DNA of 63,141 nt, the filler included, from Octopus bimaculoides (taxonomy: Eukaryota), in assembly GCF_001194135.2 (NCBI RefSeq). It is 6 parts of 5 records of this genome, joined end to end, with 100 filler letters (N's around TTAATTAATTAA, not from the genome) between each part and the next. Parts side by side here need not be neighbours in the genome. Positions count along the whole stretch, not along the records: positions 46,501 to 56,831 come from NC_068995.1; positions 56,932 to 58,750 come from NC_068995.1; positions 58,851 to 63,141 come from NC_068992.1; 3 more parts are not named here. One strand, 5' to 3'. The notes below the pieces were generated by a model. The model worked only from the letters and a program-made list of their open reading frames with translations. It was not told the origin of the DNA and searched no databases. Shown in pieces: positions 51,242 to 63,141 of this stretch (the first letter of the stretch is position 1; each line of letters begins with the position of its first letter). The position numbers and the translations under genes were made by a program.

Positions 51242-51825
51242 GCACACTCACGCACACACACACACACACACACATTTACAGTAGTGTGCGTATGTGTGTG
51301 TACGTGTGGATGAGTCAAAGCATCTATGTGTATGCGAATATATGTGTATCTGTGACGTGCACGAATGTCTGTGTGTGTATTTGAGTGCGTGTGCTCGCGA
51401 TCGTGCTTGTATGTCTGTGTGTGTGTGTGTGTGAGTAAAAGTCTCTTCAGGGGTCATACACAATCACACACACACACATATACTCACTCAGTCACACACA
51501 CGCACACACACACACACACACACACAAGCGCGCTAATGTGTGTGCATGCGTGTCTGCGTGTGTGTGTATCTGTATGTGCATGAGTGTGCATGTGTGTGCA
51601 TGTTTATGCATGTGTATGTGTGTGCATGTGCATGTGTGTGTGTCAATGCGTACCAAACGGGTAGTGGTGGGGTGGAGAGGAGCTTCAGGAAGGGATAACC
51701 AATTAAAAAAAATATACGACGCCCTTAATATATGTAGAAATATGTAAATAACATTTTGCACATTTGCATTCATAAAGACGTATAAACATACATACAAATA
51801 CACACACAAAAATATACATACTTAC

Positions 51826-51875
<50 letters not shown>

Positions 51876-53084
51876 NNNNNNNNNNNNNNNNNNNNNNNNN
51901 NNNNNNNNNNNNNNNNNNNNNNNNNNNNNNNNNNNNNNNNNNNNNNNNNNNNNNNNNNNNNNNNNNNNNNNNNNNNNNNNNNNNNNNNNNNNNNNNNNNN
52001 NNNNNNNNNNNNNNNNNNNNNNNNNNNNNNNNNNNNNNNNNNNNNNNNNNNNNNNNNNNNNNNNNNNNNNNNNNNNNNNNNNNNNNNNNNNNNNNNNNNN
52101 NNNNNNNNNNNNNNNNNNNNNNNNNNNNNNNNNNNNNNNNNNNNNNNNNNNNNNNNNNNNNNNNNNNNNNNNNNNNNNNNNNNNNNNNNNNNNNNNNNNN
52201 NNNNNNNNNNNNNNNNNNNNNNNNNNNNNNNNNNNNNNNNNNNNNNNNNNNNNNNNNNNNNNNNNNNNNNNNNNNNNNNNNNNNNNNNNNNNNNNNNNNN
52301 NNNNNNNNNNNNNNNNNNNNNNNNNNNNNNNNNNNNNNNNNNNNNNNNNNNNNNNNNNNNNNNNNNNNNNNNNNNNNNNNNNNNNNNNNNNNNNNNNNNN
52401 NNNNNNNNNNNNNNNNNNNNNNNNNNNNNNNNNNNNNNNNNNNNNNNNNNNNNNNNNNNNNNNNNNNNNNNNNNNNNNNNNNNNNNNNNNNNNNNNNNNN
52501 NNNNNNNNNNNNNNNNNNNNNNNNNNNNNNNNNNNNNNNNNNNNNNNNNNNNNNNNNNNNNNNNNNNNNNNNNNNNNNNNNNNNNNNNNNNNNNNNNNNN
52601 NNNNNNNNNNNNNNNNNNNNNNNNNNNNNNNNNNNNNNNNNNNNNNNNNNNNNNNNNNNNNNNNNNNNNNNNNNNNNNNNNNNNNNNNNNNNNNNNNNNN
52701 NNNNNNNNNNNNNNNNNNNNNNNNNNNNNNNNNNNNNNNNNNNNNNNNNNNNNNNNNNNNNNNNNNNNNNNAGAGAGAGAGAGAGAGAGGTTGAGATTTC
52801 AAGGCCATAGAATGGCATTCAATTTATATATTTTGTTGTAATGAAAAAAATGATAGTAAATAAATAAATATAATAAATGAAATAAAAAAAGAAATAAACA
52901 AGCATAGCTGTCCAGTAACATGTATTTTGATTTTACCTGGATTTCTTCAGCGTTGTGTCAAATTTCAGATCTTGGAATAGAATTGCTAGCTAGATAGATA
53001 CAGATAGACAGATAAAGCGATAGAAGAAAAGAAAGAAATAAAGAAAGAAAGAAGGAACGGGAGAAAGGAAGAATGATAGATAGT

Positions 53085-53124
<40 letters not shown>

Positions 53125-53531
53125 CAGAAAGACAGAAAGATACAATGAGTTTATCTGTCTGATTTAGGGAAAATAAAAGACTGCAGGTATATTTAATGCT
53201 TTTTCCTTCTCCGATATGAAGATCTGTATTTTTGGGATTCTCATGCTATGTTTTTCTATGGTGAAATACTCTCTCTCCCTACCNNNNNNNNNNNNNNNNN
53301 NNNNNNNNNNNNNNNNNNNNNNNNNNNNNNNNNNNNNNNNNNNNNNNNNNNNNNNNNNNNNNNNNNNNNNNNNNNNNNNNNNNNNNNNNNNNNNNNNNNN
53401 NNNNNNNNNNNNNNNNNNNNNNNNNNNNNNNNNNNNNNNNNNNNNNNNNNNNNNNNNNNNNNNNNNNNNNNNNNNNNNNNNNNNNNNNNNNNNNNNNNNN
53501 NNNNNNNNNNATATATATATATATATATACA

Positions 53532-53760
53532 CATTTGCAACGTGGAAGTTGTTCATAAGCCATTTAAAAACACACAAAAACCGTTAGATTCACTTCAACA
53601 TTTATATTTAATATGAGACCGCGACAGAATTGTCAGTGAACAGGTCGCGGTCTCAAAGCGACAAAAATATTTTGGCAAATTACATTTATATGTTGAAGTG
53701 AATCCAAACGATTTGTGTGTGTTTTTAAATGGCTTATAAACACCTTCCAGAATGCAATTG
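53532..53760. mobile_element. Hairpin MITE-like element with about 75-bp TIRs and an internal 11-bp stem
   Basis: GTTCATAAGCCATTTAAAAACACACA...ATTCACTTCAACAT pairs with ATGTTGAAGTGAAT...TGTGTGTTTTTAAATGGCTTATAAAC. Internal stem GAGACCGCGAC/GTCGCGGTCTC. Confidence 0.7.
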
Positions 53761-54099
53761 TTTTTGTTTCAGCACACGATCTCAGACCAAAGAATATAAA
53801 CATATTTAGTCACTTACAGCTGTTTCTAGAATAGCCAACTATGTGGATCATGATATTGAATAAGGATTCCCCAAGTAGAGTATACCGTCATCAAAGAGTG
53901 AGAAGTGAGAGAAATGCAGTTTATTAAAATTGAATGAAGGATCAGAATGAAAATGGTAGGCGTTATGCAGTTCCATGACCAAATAAACAATAAAGATATA
54001 GGTAAAGTCTATTATCAGTTTTAAATGAGAATGTTCGATTATAATTCACGGCAAGGAATGATGGAAGTTACCAGTTTCATTTTTGAATTCAGTCTATTC

Positions 54100-54174
54100 C
54101 CGCTCAAGAAGAAACCACTTTTAGCTGCTCAAGGAGAAACCACTTTTAGCCGCTTAAGGAGAAACCACTTTTAG
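54100..54174. repeat. 25-bp minisatellite, 3 copies
   Basis: C(C/T)GCT(C/T)AAG(A/G)AGAAACCACTTTTAG x3. Confidence 0.9.
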
Positions 54175-54984
54175 ACAGTCTCAACATCACACTTTTCAGT
54201 TGCCGTTCAAGCCGGAGTTTTAGTGGTAAACCAAACTTAGCACTCATAGTACATACTTATTACATTACGTCAGTTGACGAAAACTCCTTGAACGTTCTAT
54301 GTATATATATGTACACATAAATACATATACCTACAGTTGCACTGGCTATTTCATTATACTCGGACATAATCTATTTTCTAAATATTAATAAAATACATTT
54401 CCCTCACTCCCTCTCTGTGAATCACCTTTCTCTCACTACCTCTCTCACTTTCTTTCCCCCCCCCTCTCTCTCTCTCTCTCTCCCTATATATTCACACACT
54501 CACACACACGCACGCACGCGCGCACAAACAAACAATAATACATTTACATCTCATCTCTCATGCACGTTTATCCTCACTACCCTTAGGGCATTTTCTTCGA
54601 GATATGAGGACGACACTTTATCTCAAAAACATTTCTTTTGCTTCCAAAGCTAACCCTAATCTTTGACCCCTATTAAGAAGCCCTGATTGTTTCATCTCGA
54701 CTATGCCTTTCTCTAGAATGAAACAATGGTAAATTCGTCACAATCTCTTGGCAGACCTTTTCACCTTCAGAGATTCTATTTTCCTTATTTACTTTGTAAG
54801 TCATTTTTATTTCAAGATTTTCTTTTTATTATTTCCTTCCGATTGCGTTGATGGCTTCTCTCTGTAGTGATAATCTGTCTATCTTTTGTCACAAGGCGTT
54901 GTTTGGACTCTCTCTCTCCCTCCCTCTCTCTCACATACGCACACACACACGCATGCATAGATACAAACACTAACATATATATAT

Positions 54985-55101
54985 AGGTTATGATTCTATT
55001 CATTATTCATCTGAAACAGCTGTAAAGACTGTAGCGACATCACTCTTTTTGTTTATTTGTATCCGCATTATAAATACACTCCTCATGTTTATATACTTTT
55101 A

Positions 55102-55158
<57 letters not shown>

Positions 55159-55300
55159 ATACACATCCACGCACACACACTCATAGATATATATATGTAC
55201 ATACACGTATATTCGCATACATTCATATGTAGATATGAACCTTTATAGATATAGATGCAGATGCATATCTATGAGTGTGTGTGCGTGGATGTGTATGTAA

Positions 55301-55368
<68 letters not shown>

Positions 55369-55485
55369 TAAAAGTATATAAACATGAGGAGTGTATTTAT
55401 AATGCGGATACAAATAAACAAAATGAGTGATGTCGCTACAGTCTTTACAGCTGTTTCAGATGAATAATGAATAGAATCATAACCT
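54985..55485. repeat. Near-perfect long inverted repeat (arms about 205 and 220 bp, spacer about 75 bp)
   Basis: 54985..55190 is the reverse complement of 55265..55485. It includes a (TAC)19 versus (GTA)22 tract and about one substitution in the unique part. Confidence 0.95.
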
Positions 55486-55880
55486 TGTACATTATGTTGT
55501 ACAGTCCCATAATAATCATGGTTATGATGTTAATCAATGTTTATCCGAAATAGCTGTGAGGATAAAGCTATTAAATCATTCTTTGTGTTTATTTATATTC
55601 GCAGCTTTCGACGTTTCTGCTTTTTTTAGTTACTTTTAAACCCGCTCGATGAAGATGGTCTTTGTAACCGACTTGCTGTACCAATGCTACCTGCGTTGGA
55701 TGAAGGCGTTTACCCCCTCCTTGGTGACTCTATACCATGTTTGCTTTAGCTTCCTGTAACATACTTTAATAACTGGCGTCTCTCGGAATCTCTCTTGTAT
55801 AGTTCCTTTTTTCTTTATTGCCCACAAGGAGTTAAACATAGAGGGGATAGATAGATATACACGGATATATGTATATATGT

Positions 55881-56117
55881 CTTATTTCTTTATTGCCCAC
55901 AAAGGGCTAAACATAGAGGAGACAAACAAGGACAGACAAAGGGATTAAGTCGATTACATCGAATCCAGTACGTAATTGGTACTTAAAATTTATCGACCCC
56001 GAAAGGATGAAAGGCAAAGGCGACCTCGGCGGAATTTGAACTCAGAACGTAACGGCAGACGAAATACCGCTAAGCATTTCGCCCGGCGTGCTAACGATTC
56101 TGCCAGCTCGCCGCCTT
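55881..56117 (-). mobile_element. SINE family B, full-length
   Basis: Minus strand AAGGCGGCGAGCTGGCAGAATCGTTAGC (A box) ... GAGTTCAAATTCC (B box) ... CCTTTCATCCTTTCGGGGTCGATAAA ... GGGCAATAAAGAAATAAG. Confidence 0.9.
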
Positions 56118-56761
56118 GAATAGTTCCTACCTAGCTTTAACAACTGATAAACATGTTTCTCTTACATAATCTCCACTTAACTTTCATAGCTGTTTCCCAT
56201 AACTCTCTTACATTATCTTTACCAAGATTTCATTAATGGCTATAATAGGTATATTACATAATCTTCAATCTAGGTTCTAGAGCTGATTATTTTATGGATG
56301 TATTTCTTTCCTTACAGAGGTTTTTATACCTGCATGAACGTACAATATTCCGCGTTTTTATTTAGCTGCTTCGTTAGTATAGAAGCATTTAGGTGTGTAT
56401 ATGCGTATTTATACACAATGATATGTAGTTAATGTTAAAACCTTGACTGTTTGTTGATAAAATGGATGCATTGATGTATGTAACTATGGATTTGAATGTG
56501 TAGAATACATGCGGCTACGTATATATGTATGTATGTATGTATGTATGTTTGTATGTATGTATGTATGTATGTATAGGTGTGTGTGTGTGTATACATACGC
56601 ATGCGCACACAAATACACACACATACTAATACATATACTACACATGTGAAATACGTACCTATGCACGCGCACATGTATACATCTCACACACATATATGTA
56701 TGTGTATATATATGCATATATATATACATATATATATATGCATATATATATAAATATATAT

Positions 56762-56831
<70 letters not shown>

Positions 56832-57899
56832 NNNNNNNNNNNNNNNNNNNNNNNNNNNNNNNNNNNNNNNNNNNNTTAATTAATTAANNNNNNNNNNNNN
56901 NNNNNNNNNNNNNNNNNNNNNNNNNNNNNNNATATATATATATATATATATATATACATTAGTTTGTTTTGAGCTTTCGAAGAACCATTTTGCCAATAAA
57001 AACACATGCACTGGCTGGAGTTCACTTTTTTATCGTCAACTGATGCATTAATTACTCAACCATAAAACACGGAATAGAACAAGCTATTAGCCTGCCTGTT
57101 TATTGGCAAATCGTACCTATTTTACCAAGTAACTTAGAGATATCTGCTTTAGTACAACACAAATTTACACCTAGAATACGAGCAACATAAAGCAATTACT
57201 TATATAATTTTACCTGTGGATTTTTCTCACTCTCCCTCACTCAATTTCTGTCTGTCTGTCTCTCTCTCTCTTTCTCCACATCTATAAATCTATCTTTTAC
57301 TTGTTTCAGTCATTAGACGGTGGCCATGCTGAAGCACTGTCTTGCTGAATTCATTGTCGAATGAATCGACCCCAGTACTTATATTTTCTGAAGCTAGGTT
57401 CATATTCCAATGGCCATTTTTGCAAAATCGTTAAGTTACCCGGACATAAGCTCATTATCACCGGTTGGCAAGTGGTGGTGGGAGACAAACACAGAGAGAA
57501 AGACATACACACACACACATATATACATACACATATATATACATACATTCACATGCATATATATAGTACTTGTGTATATAAGATTGACCCGTAGGATCTC
57601 GAAAACAATTTTTTCCTGAACCTTCTGATTCTTTTAATTGGCTAGTTTCCTGGTATTAAATTGATATTAATTAATATCGAATTTTTACCANNNNNNNNNN
57701 ATATATATATGACACCCACAACATGCAGTCTCTATAGAGATATATGGATTTACTGATGTAACGATCCAGTAAGGATATTGAAATAAACTAAATGGCGTTT
57801 TCTACACTCACGGAGGTTTACCAGCATTAGTAACCGGTAAAAGTGAATACGGTACTCGCTAGGATTGTATAGCCCTACCAATCTAATTTCAAAATTTAC

Positions 57900-58270
57900 C
57901 TTTACTACATACAAGTCCCGAAATTTTGAGGGAGAGGCCAGTCTATTACATTGACTCCAGTACGCAACTGGTACGTAATTTATCGACACCGAAAGGATAA
58001 ACGAGAAAGCCGTCCTCGGAGGAATTTGAACTCAGAACGTAAAGACAGACGAAATACCGCTAAGCATTTCGCTCGGCGTGCTAACGTTTCTTATTTCTTT
58101 ATTGCCCACAAGGGGCTAAATACAGAGGGGACAAACAAGGACAGACAAAGGGATTAAGTCGATCACATCGACCCCAGTGCGTAACTGGTACTTAATTTAT
58201 TGACCCCGAAAGGATGAAAGGCAAACTCGACGGAATTTGAACACAGAACGTAAAGACAGACGAAATATTA
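57900..58270 (-). mobile_element. Two adjacent SINE family B copies with different 3' tails
   Basis: 57900..58089 and 58090..58266 share the head and central domain but diverge after CTGGGGTC/CTGGAGTC. Confidence 0.85.
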
Positions 58271-58982
58271 CAACGTTCCAATAACGTGGTGAGCTGGCAG
58301 AATTGTTACCGCACCTGACAAAATAGATACCCGCTGGACTCTGCGGTCATTGTAAATGACTGACCCGTCCTCACTAAATCTCTATAGACTTGTTCTAAAT
58401 TGTGAAACCGCTATTTTAGTACATTCTTTTGTGTACCGAATTGGCTTCTCTTAGATTTGCAGTGATCGATAAAATATTCTGTTTTTTTAAAAAATCTTTT
58501 TTAATGAAAGCTACGCCGCAAGGATATCAAGAAGAATAAGGGTTGTATAACTATGAAAGTAGTCAAATGAAAGTGACAAAGTGCGGTGATCCGCTGATGC
58601 CGATTAATGCGTAAGAAAATGAAGATCTATATCAACCGGTTGAATGTCTCTTTTTTTTTCTTTTTGCAGTTTTGTTTATACGATTTTGTGTTTTTATGAA
58701 ATCGTTTCAGACTGCTTTCGGTTCAAAATTTAAAAGATAAATATATATATNNNNNNNNNNNNNNNNNNNNNNNNNNNNNNNNNNNNNNNNNNNNTTAATT
58801 AATTAANNNNNNNNNNNNNNNNNNNNNNNNNNNNNNNNNNNNNNNNNNNNTTATATAAAACTACATATAACATTATATAACTGCATATAAGTTTTTTTGC
58901 ACGTAGGTGTGTGTGTATATAATACACACACACACACACACACACACATACACATACACATAGGTGTGTGTGTGTACGTCTA

Positions 58983-59019
<37 letters not shown>

Positions 59020-60029
59020 GAATATATAAATATATATGTGTGTGTGTGTGTGTGTGTATGTGTGTGTGTGTGTGAGTGTCCGTGTCCATATGTATGCATG
59101 TTATGTATGTGTTTATATTCAATAAATTACTTCAGTCGTTTTATTTGATTGAATTTCGGAATTCGTAAATCAGAAACGTCAACGACGTTCTTATTATATT
59201 AGATGTAATTTTCAGCCTAAATCGCTGTGAGCCGGAGAGAGAATGAGAAAGGAGAAAGAGAGAATGAGAAAGGAGAGAGAGAGAGAATGAAAGAAAGTTA
59301 GAAAGAGAAATAGAGAGAGAGAGAGAGAGAGTGTGTGTGTGTGTGTGTGTGTGTCTGTGTGTGTGTAAGAAAGAAAAGATTGATGGAATGTTTATTTAAT
59401 AAAGGTGAACACCTATAAACACAACACAAACAGTCAACAGAAACAATGAACAACAACACCAACTAAAGAATAAAACTGTTCACTAACAAGTAAGAAACAA
59501 GAAATAAATCTAAAGNNNNNNNNNNNNNNNNNNNNNNNNNNNNNNNNNNNNNNNNNNNNNNNNNNNNNNNNNNNNNNNNNNNNNNNNNNNNNNNNNNNNN
59601 NNNNNNNNNNNNNNNNNNNNNNNNNNNNNNNNNNNNNNNNNNNNNNNNNNNNNNNNNNNNNNNNNNNNNNNNNNNNNNNNNNNNNNNNNNNNNNNNNNNN
59701 NNNNNNNNNNNNNNNNNNNNNNNNNNNNNNNNNNNNNNNNNNNNNNNNNNNNNNNNNNNNNNNNNNNNNNNNNNNNNNNNNNNNNNNNNNNNNNNNNNNN
59801 NNNNNNNNNNNNNNNNNNNNNNNNNNNNNNNNNNNNNNNNNNNNNNNNNNNNNNNNNNNNNNNNNNNNNNNNNNNNNNNNNNNNNNNNNNNNNNNNNNNN
59901 NNNNNNNNNNNNNNNNNNNNNNNNNNNNNNNNNNNNNNNNNNNNNNNNNNNNNNNNNNNNNNNNNNNNNNNNNNNNNNNNNNNNNNNNNNNNNNNNNNNN
60001 AGAGAGAGAGAGAGAGAGAGAAAGAGAGT

Positions 60030-60079
<50 letters not shown>

Positions 60080-60468
60080 AGCTAATGGAAAAGTGACAGA
60101 GAAGGTGAGAAAGAGAGGGAGATATAGGACGTAAGGAATTTTGAAGACAGTCGTCGTTGTTTATTTCCTCACACCGGCTTCTGAGACGCACAGACACACA
60201 GACACACGCATATACATAGTTACTCTAACACTCAAACACACACACACAGAGACAGACACACACACACAAACATACATACGCTTACGCACGCACATACACA
60301 TACAGACACACGCAAACATACGTATGCACATGCACATATACATAAATACACACACACATGTACCATCGTCCACCTTTTTCTTCCCGTTCGCTGTGAACGT
60401 CAAGAATTCTTTCTTAATGCAATTTCGGGGACCAGGTAGTCATCACGAACAGTCCTTGCTGTGTCAAT

Positions 60469-60940
60469 ATGGTTCGGCAAAACAGCTATTATAGTTATTC
60501 TTCATCTTCCTTTTTACTTTGTAATACTTTTTGCGTTACCGTTTCTTTGATTTGTGCCGGCCAACTGTTGCTGCTTTTCGGAAGAGCTCAGGCAGTGCTG
60601 GGGCACATGAAAGTCCCAAGTGCTATGTCTAGCGAAAAACCCCGGACAGTTTTAGGGAAATACGGTAATTATACTTGGCCAAACCGTCAACTTGCCTCTA
60701 AGATCGACGGCGAAATAGTAATCGGAGCTTTACATATGATTCACGAGAGAAGCGAAGATATGATCTGTGGTGCTATCATGCCGGACGGCGGTATACAGGC
60801 GCTGGAAGTTATGCTTTACACCATAGATCACATAAATAAGGACCCTGACTTCTTACCTGGGATAAGGTTGGGTGTCCTTGCAAAGGATGACTGCGACCGG
60901 GACATCTACGGACTCGAGCAATCAGTCGACTTTATCAGAG
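60469..60940 (+). CDS. Class C GPCR (metabotropic glutamate receptor family, mXR/mangetout-like), first coding exon: signal peptide and start of the Venus flytrap domain
   Basis: ORF 60469..60945 contains IDGEIVIGALHMIHE...CGAI...GGIQALEVMLYTIDHINKDPDFLPGIRLG...DDCDRDIYGLEQSVDFIRG, the hallmark N-terminus of an mGluR VFT. Kozak caatATGG. Phase-1 donor AGAG|GTTAGT at 60941. Later exons are not evident in the window. Confidence 0.95.
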
Positions 60941-61052
60941 GTTAGTCTTAACTACTACTACTACTAATACTACTACTACTAATAATAATAGTAATACGAT
61001 AAATCATCATCATCGCCATCATCATCATCATTATTATTAATGTTGTTGTTGC

Positions 61053-61086
<34 letters not shown>

Positions 61087-61088
<2 letters not shown>

Positions 61089-61170
61089 GGCGGCGAGCTG
61101 GTAGAATCGTTAGCATGCCGGGTAAAATGCTTAGCGGCATTTCGTCCGTCTTCGCGCTGTGAGTTCAAAT
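61087..61170 (+). mobile_element. SINE family B head only, in the GPCR intron (other degenerate B pieces at 1622..1740 - and 9105..9265 +)
   Basis: AAGGCGGCGAGCTGGTAGAATCGTTAGC...GAGTTCAAAT. Confidence 0.8.
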
Positions 61171-61238
61171 GTTGTTGTTGTTGTTTTTATTTTAATTATT
61201 ATTACAACCACCATCATCATCATCATCACCACCACCAC

Positions 61239-61301
<63 letters not shown>

Positions 61302-62025
61302 CATTATTATTACTAATTACTCTCATGCCATGCCTTGCACTCCATCTTCTTTAAGCTCCAATTAGCAATGAAATTGATAGGTGGGGAGGGAAGCTTCATC
61401 GCTTGGTTGAATTTGGTTAAAATGTGCATGCGAGAAGGAAAAGAATAGCTGCAGAAATGTATCTGCTCTCAGTATGCACAAAAGCTTCCTCCTGGCAGCT
61501 GGGTGAGGGCACTTGCGCCTGGTAGTTAGGACAATCATAAATTCTGTGTGATTTCTTTTCATTGGTCATATATTTGAACACCTTGTTTCATACAGTTTCT
61601 TAACGTAAAATTTTTAATGCCTGCCTATATTTTTATTTTCATCATGGATTATGCGTAAATTGCCATCGCATCGTGTTTGTAATTTACCCTTTCCAAAGTA
61701 TAGTGTGACCAGCACCAAGAAAGTAGCGGCGGCGGCACCAGAGAGTTTGCGACCCTCTATCAATCATGTGTTGTGCCGCTACATTTCATTTCGCGTCACT
61801 TTAACAGCAAAAAAAAAAAAAAAAAAAAGATGCACTTAAGGAGCGGACCGACTTCAACTTTACAACACTCATTAAATTGTCTTTAAACAAATCGCCCCAA
61901 ATTTAATTAATGACTACAACTCGACAAAATCTGTTATCATTGTTATTCCGTCATAATAATCATGTCTGTAGTACTTATTTCTAAATTCTAACATATTTAT
62001 ATGAATACACACACACATACACACT

Positions 62026-62069
<44 letters not shown>

Positions 62070-62112
62070 GTTGTGTGTCTGTATGCCTGTGTGTATGCAT
62101 GTGTGTGTGTAT

Positions 62113-62143
<31 letters not shown>

Positions 62144-63141
62144 CATGTATGTATATCTATATATGTATTTATATCCATATGTGTATCACACCTAAAAGTT
62201 GTTCAAAGTTTTCAACTTTAATAATGTATACTTTAAGTAATTTGCAGAGGATATGTTACAATAAGAGGGATTCTGTTGTGTCTGGGGAGAGTCATTTTCT
62301 TTTTGTGCCTTATAATTTAACACAATCACCGGTGAAATTTCGACTTATTCTTTATTTCTATTTTCCTAAAATTTTCGTTGCGTTTTGCAACTTTCTCAAT
62401 AGTGTTGACTCTGTCCATTATTTACACTGCGTTCCTTTTTGCTTGTTTGTGCGCATGTGTGTAGGTCAGTGTGTGTGGGTCAGTGTGTGTGTGTGCCTAG
62501 GCATGCATGCATATATGTATGTAAGGATATATGTATGGATGTATGCATGTGTGTATATGTATATATGTGTGTGTATGTATATGTATATAGCTATGTATAT
62601 GTGTGCATCTGTATGTATGTATTCTGCATATTCATGTGTTTGCGTGTCCGTGTTTAGAAAGACGACGTTATTTTTTATGTATGTGTATGTATTTTTATGC
62701 ATATGTATGTATTTTTATGCATATGTATGTATTTTTGATGTATGTGCGTGTGTGTGCGCGTGTGTTTGTATATATATGCACCTCTGTCTCCTTGTGTGTG
62801 CATGTCTGTGTGTGAGTTTTACAGCTATGTACCAACAAACAAACTCACATAACCAAACCAAACCAAACCAAACCCAAAAACGAAATAAGAGGGATTAGAA
62901 TACGATTAATGCGTTTTTTTAATAATTAATCATAGTCGTCCTCGTGTGAGTGGCATCAACATTGTATACGCACTGTATAAAATTTTATGTCGAAGGCAAT
63001 TTAAAAAATGAAGCTAAAAGACAAAATTAAATATTGATTTTATTACATAAGTTTTAGATAATATACATGTATATTTGTGCATGTATAATTATATTTATCT
63101 ATCTACCTATCTATCAGTATGAATATACATATATACATACA

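Overview
AT-rich animal genomic DNA from a gappy draft assembly, dense in microsatellites and SINEs. The repeat landscape suggests a coleoid cephalopod, probably Octopus (inference). Two protein-coding loci are supported. (1) A four-exon plus-strand gene not captured whole by the ORF track, join(15239..15248,18036..18200,19263..19597,20493..20789). It encodes a 268-aa secreted protein made of a signal peptide and a single mollusc VEZP-type ZP-N/ZP-C module. By hand count it is extremely cationic (59 K+R vs 11 D+E), and it stops 6 residues after its last Cys, with no C-terminal propeptide or TM anchor. (2) The first coding exon (60469..60940) of a class C GPCR of the mGluR family, with Ala at the glutamate-binding Arg78-equivalent position, as in insect mXR/mangetout. 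The rest is transposon debris: at least three tRNA-derived SINE families, an RTE-type element with a (GAT)n tail, several mariner lineages, Penelope-like RT and GIY-YIG fragments, hammerhead-like motifs, RTE, CR1/L2 and RLE-type LINE fragments, MITE or foldback elements, a near-perfect 500-bp palindrome and compound microsatellites. All alignments and counts were made by eye, and no database searches were run.
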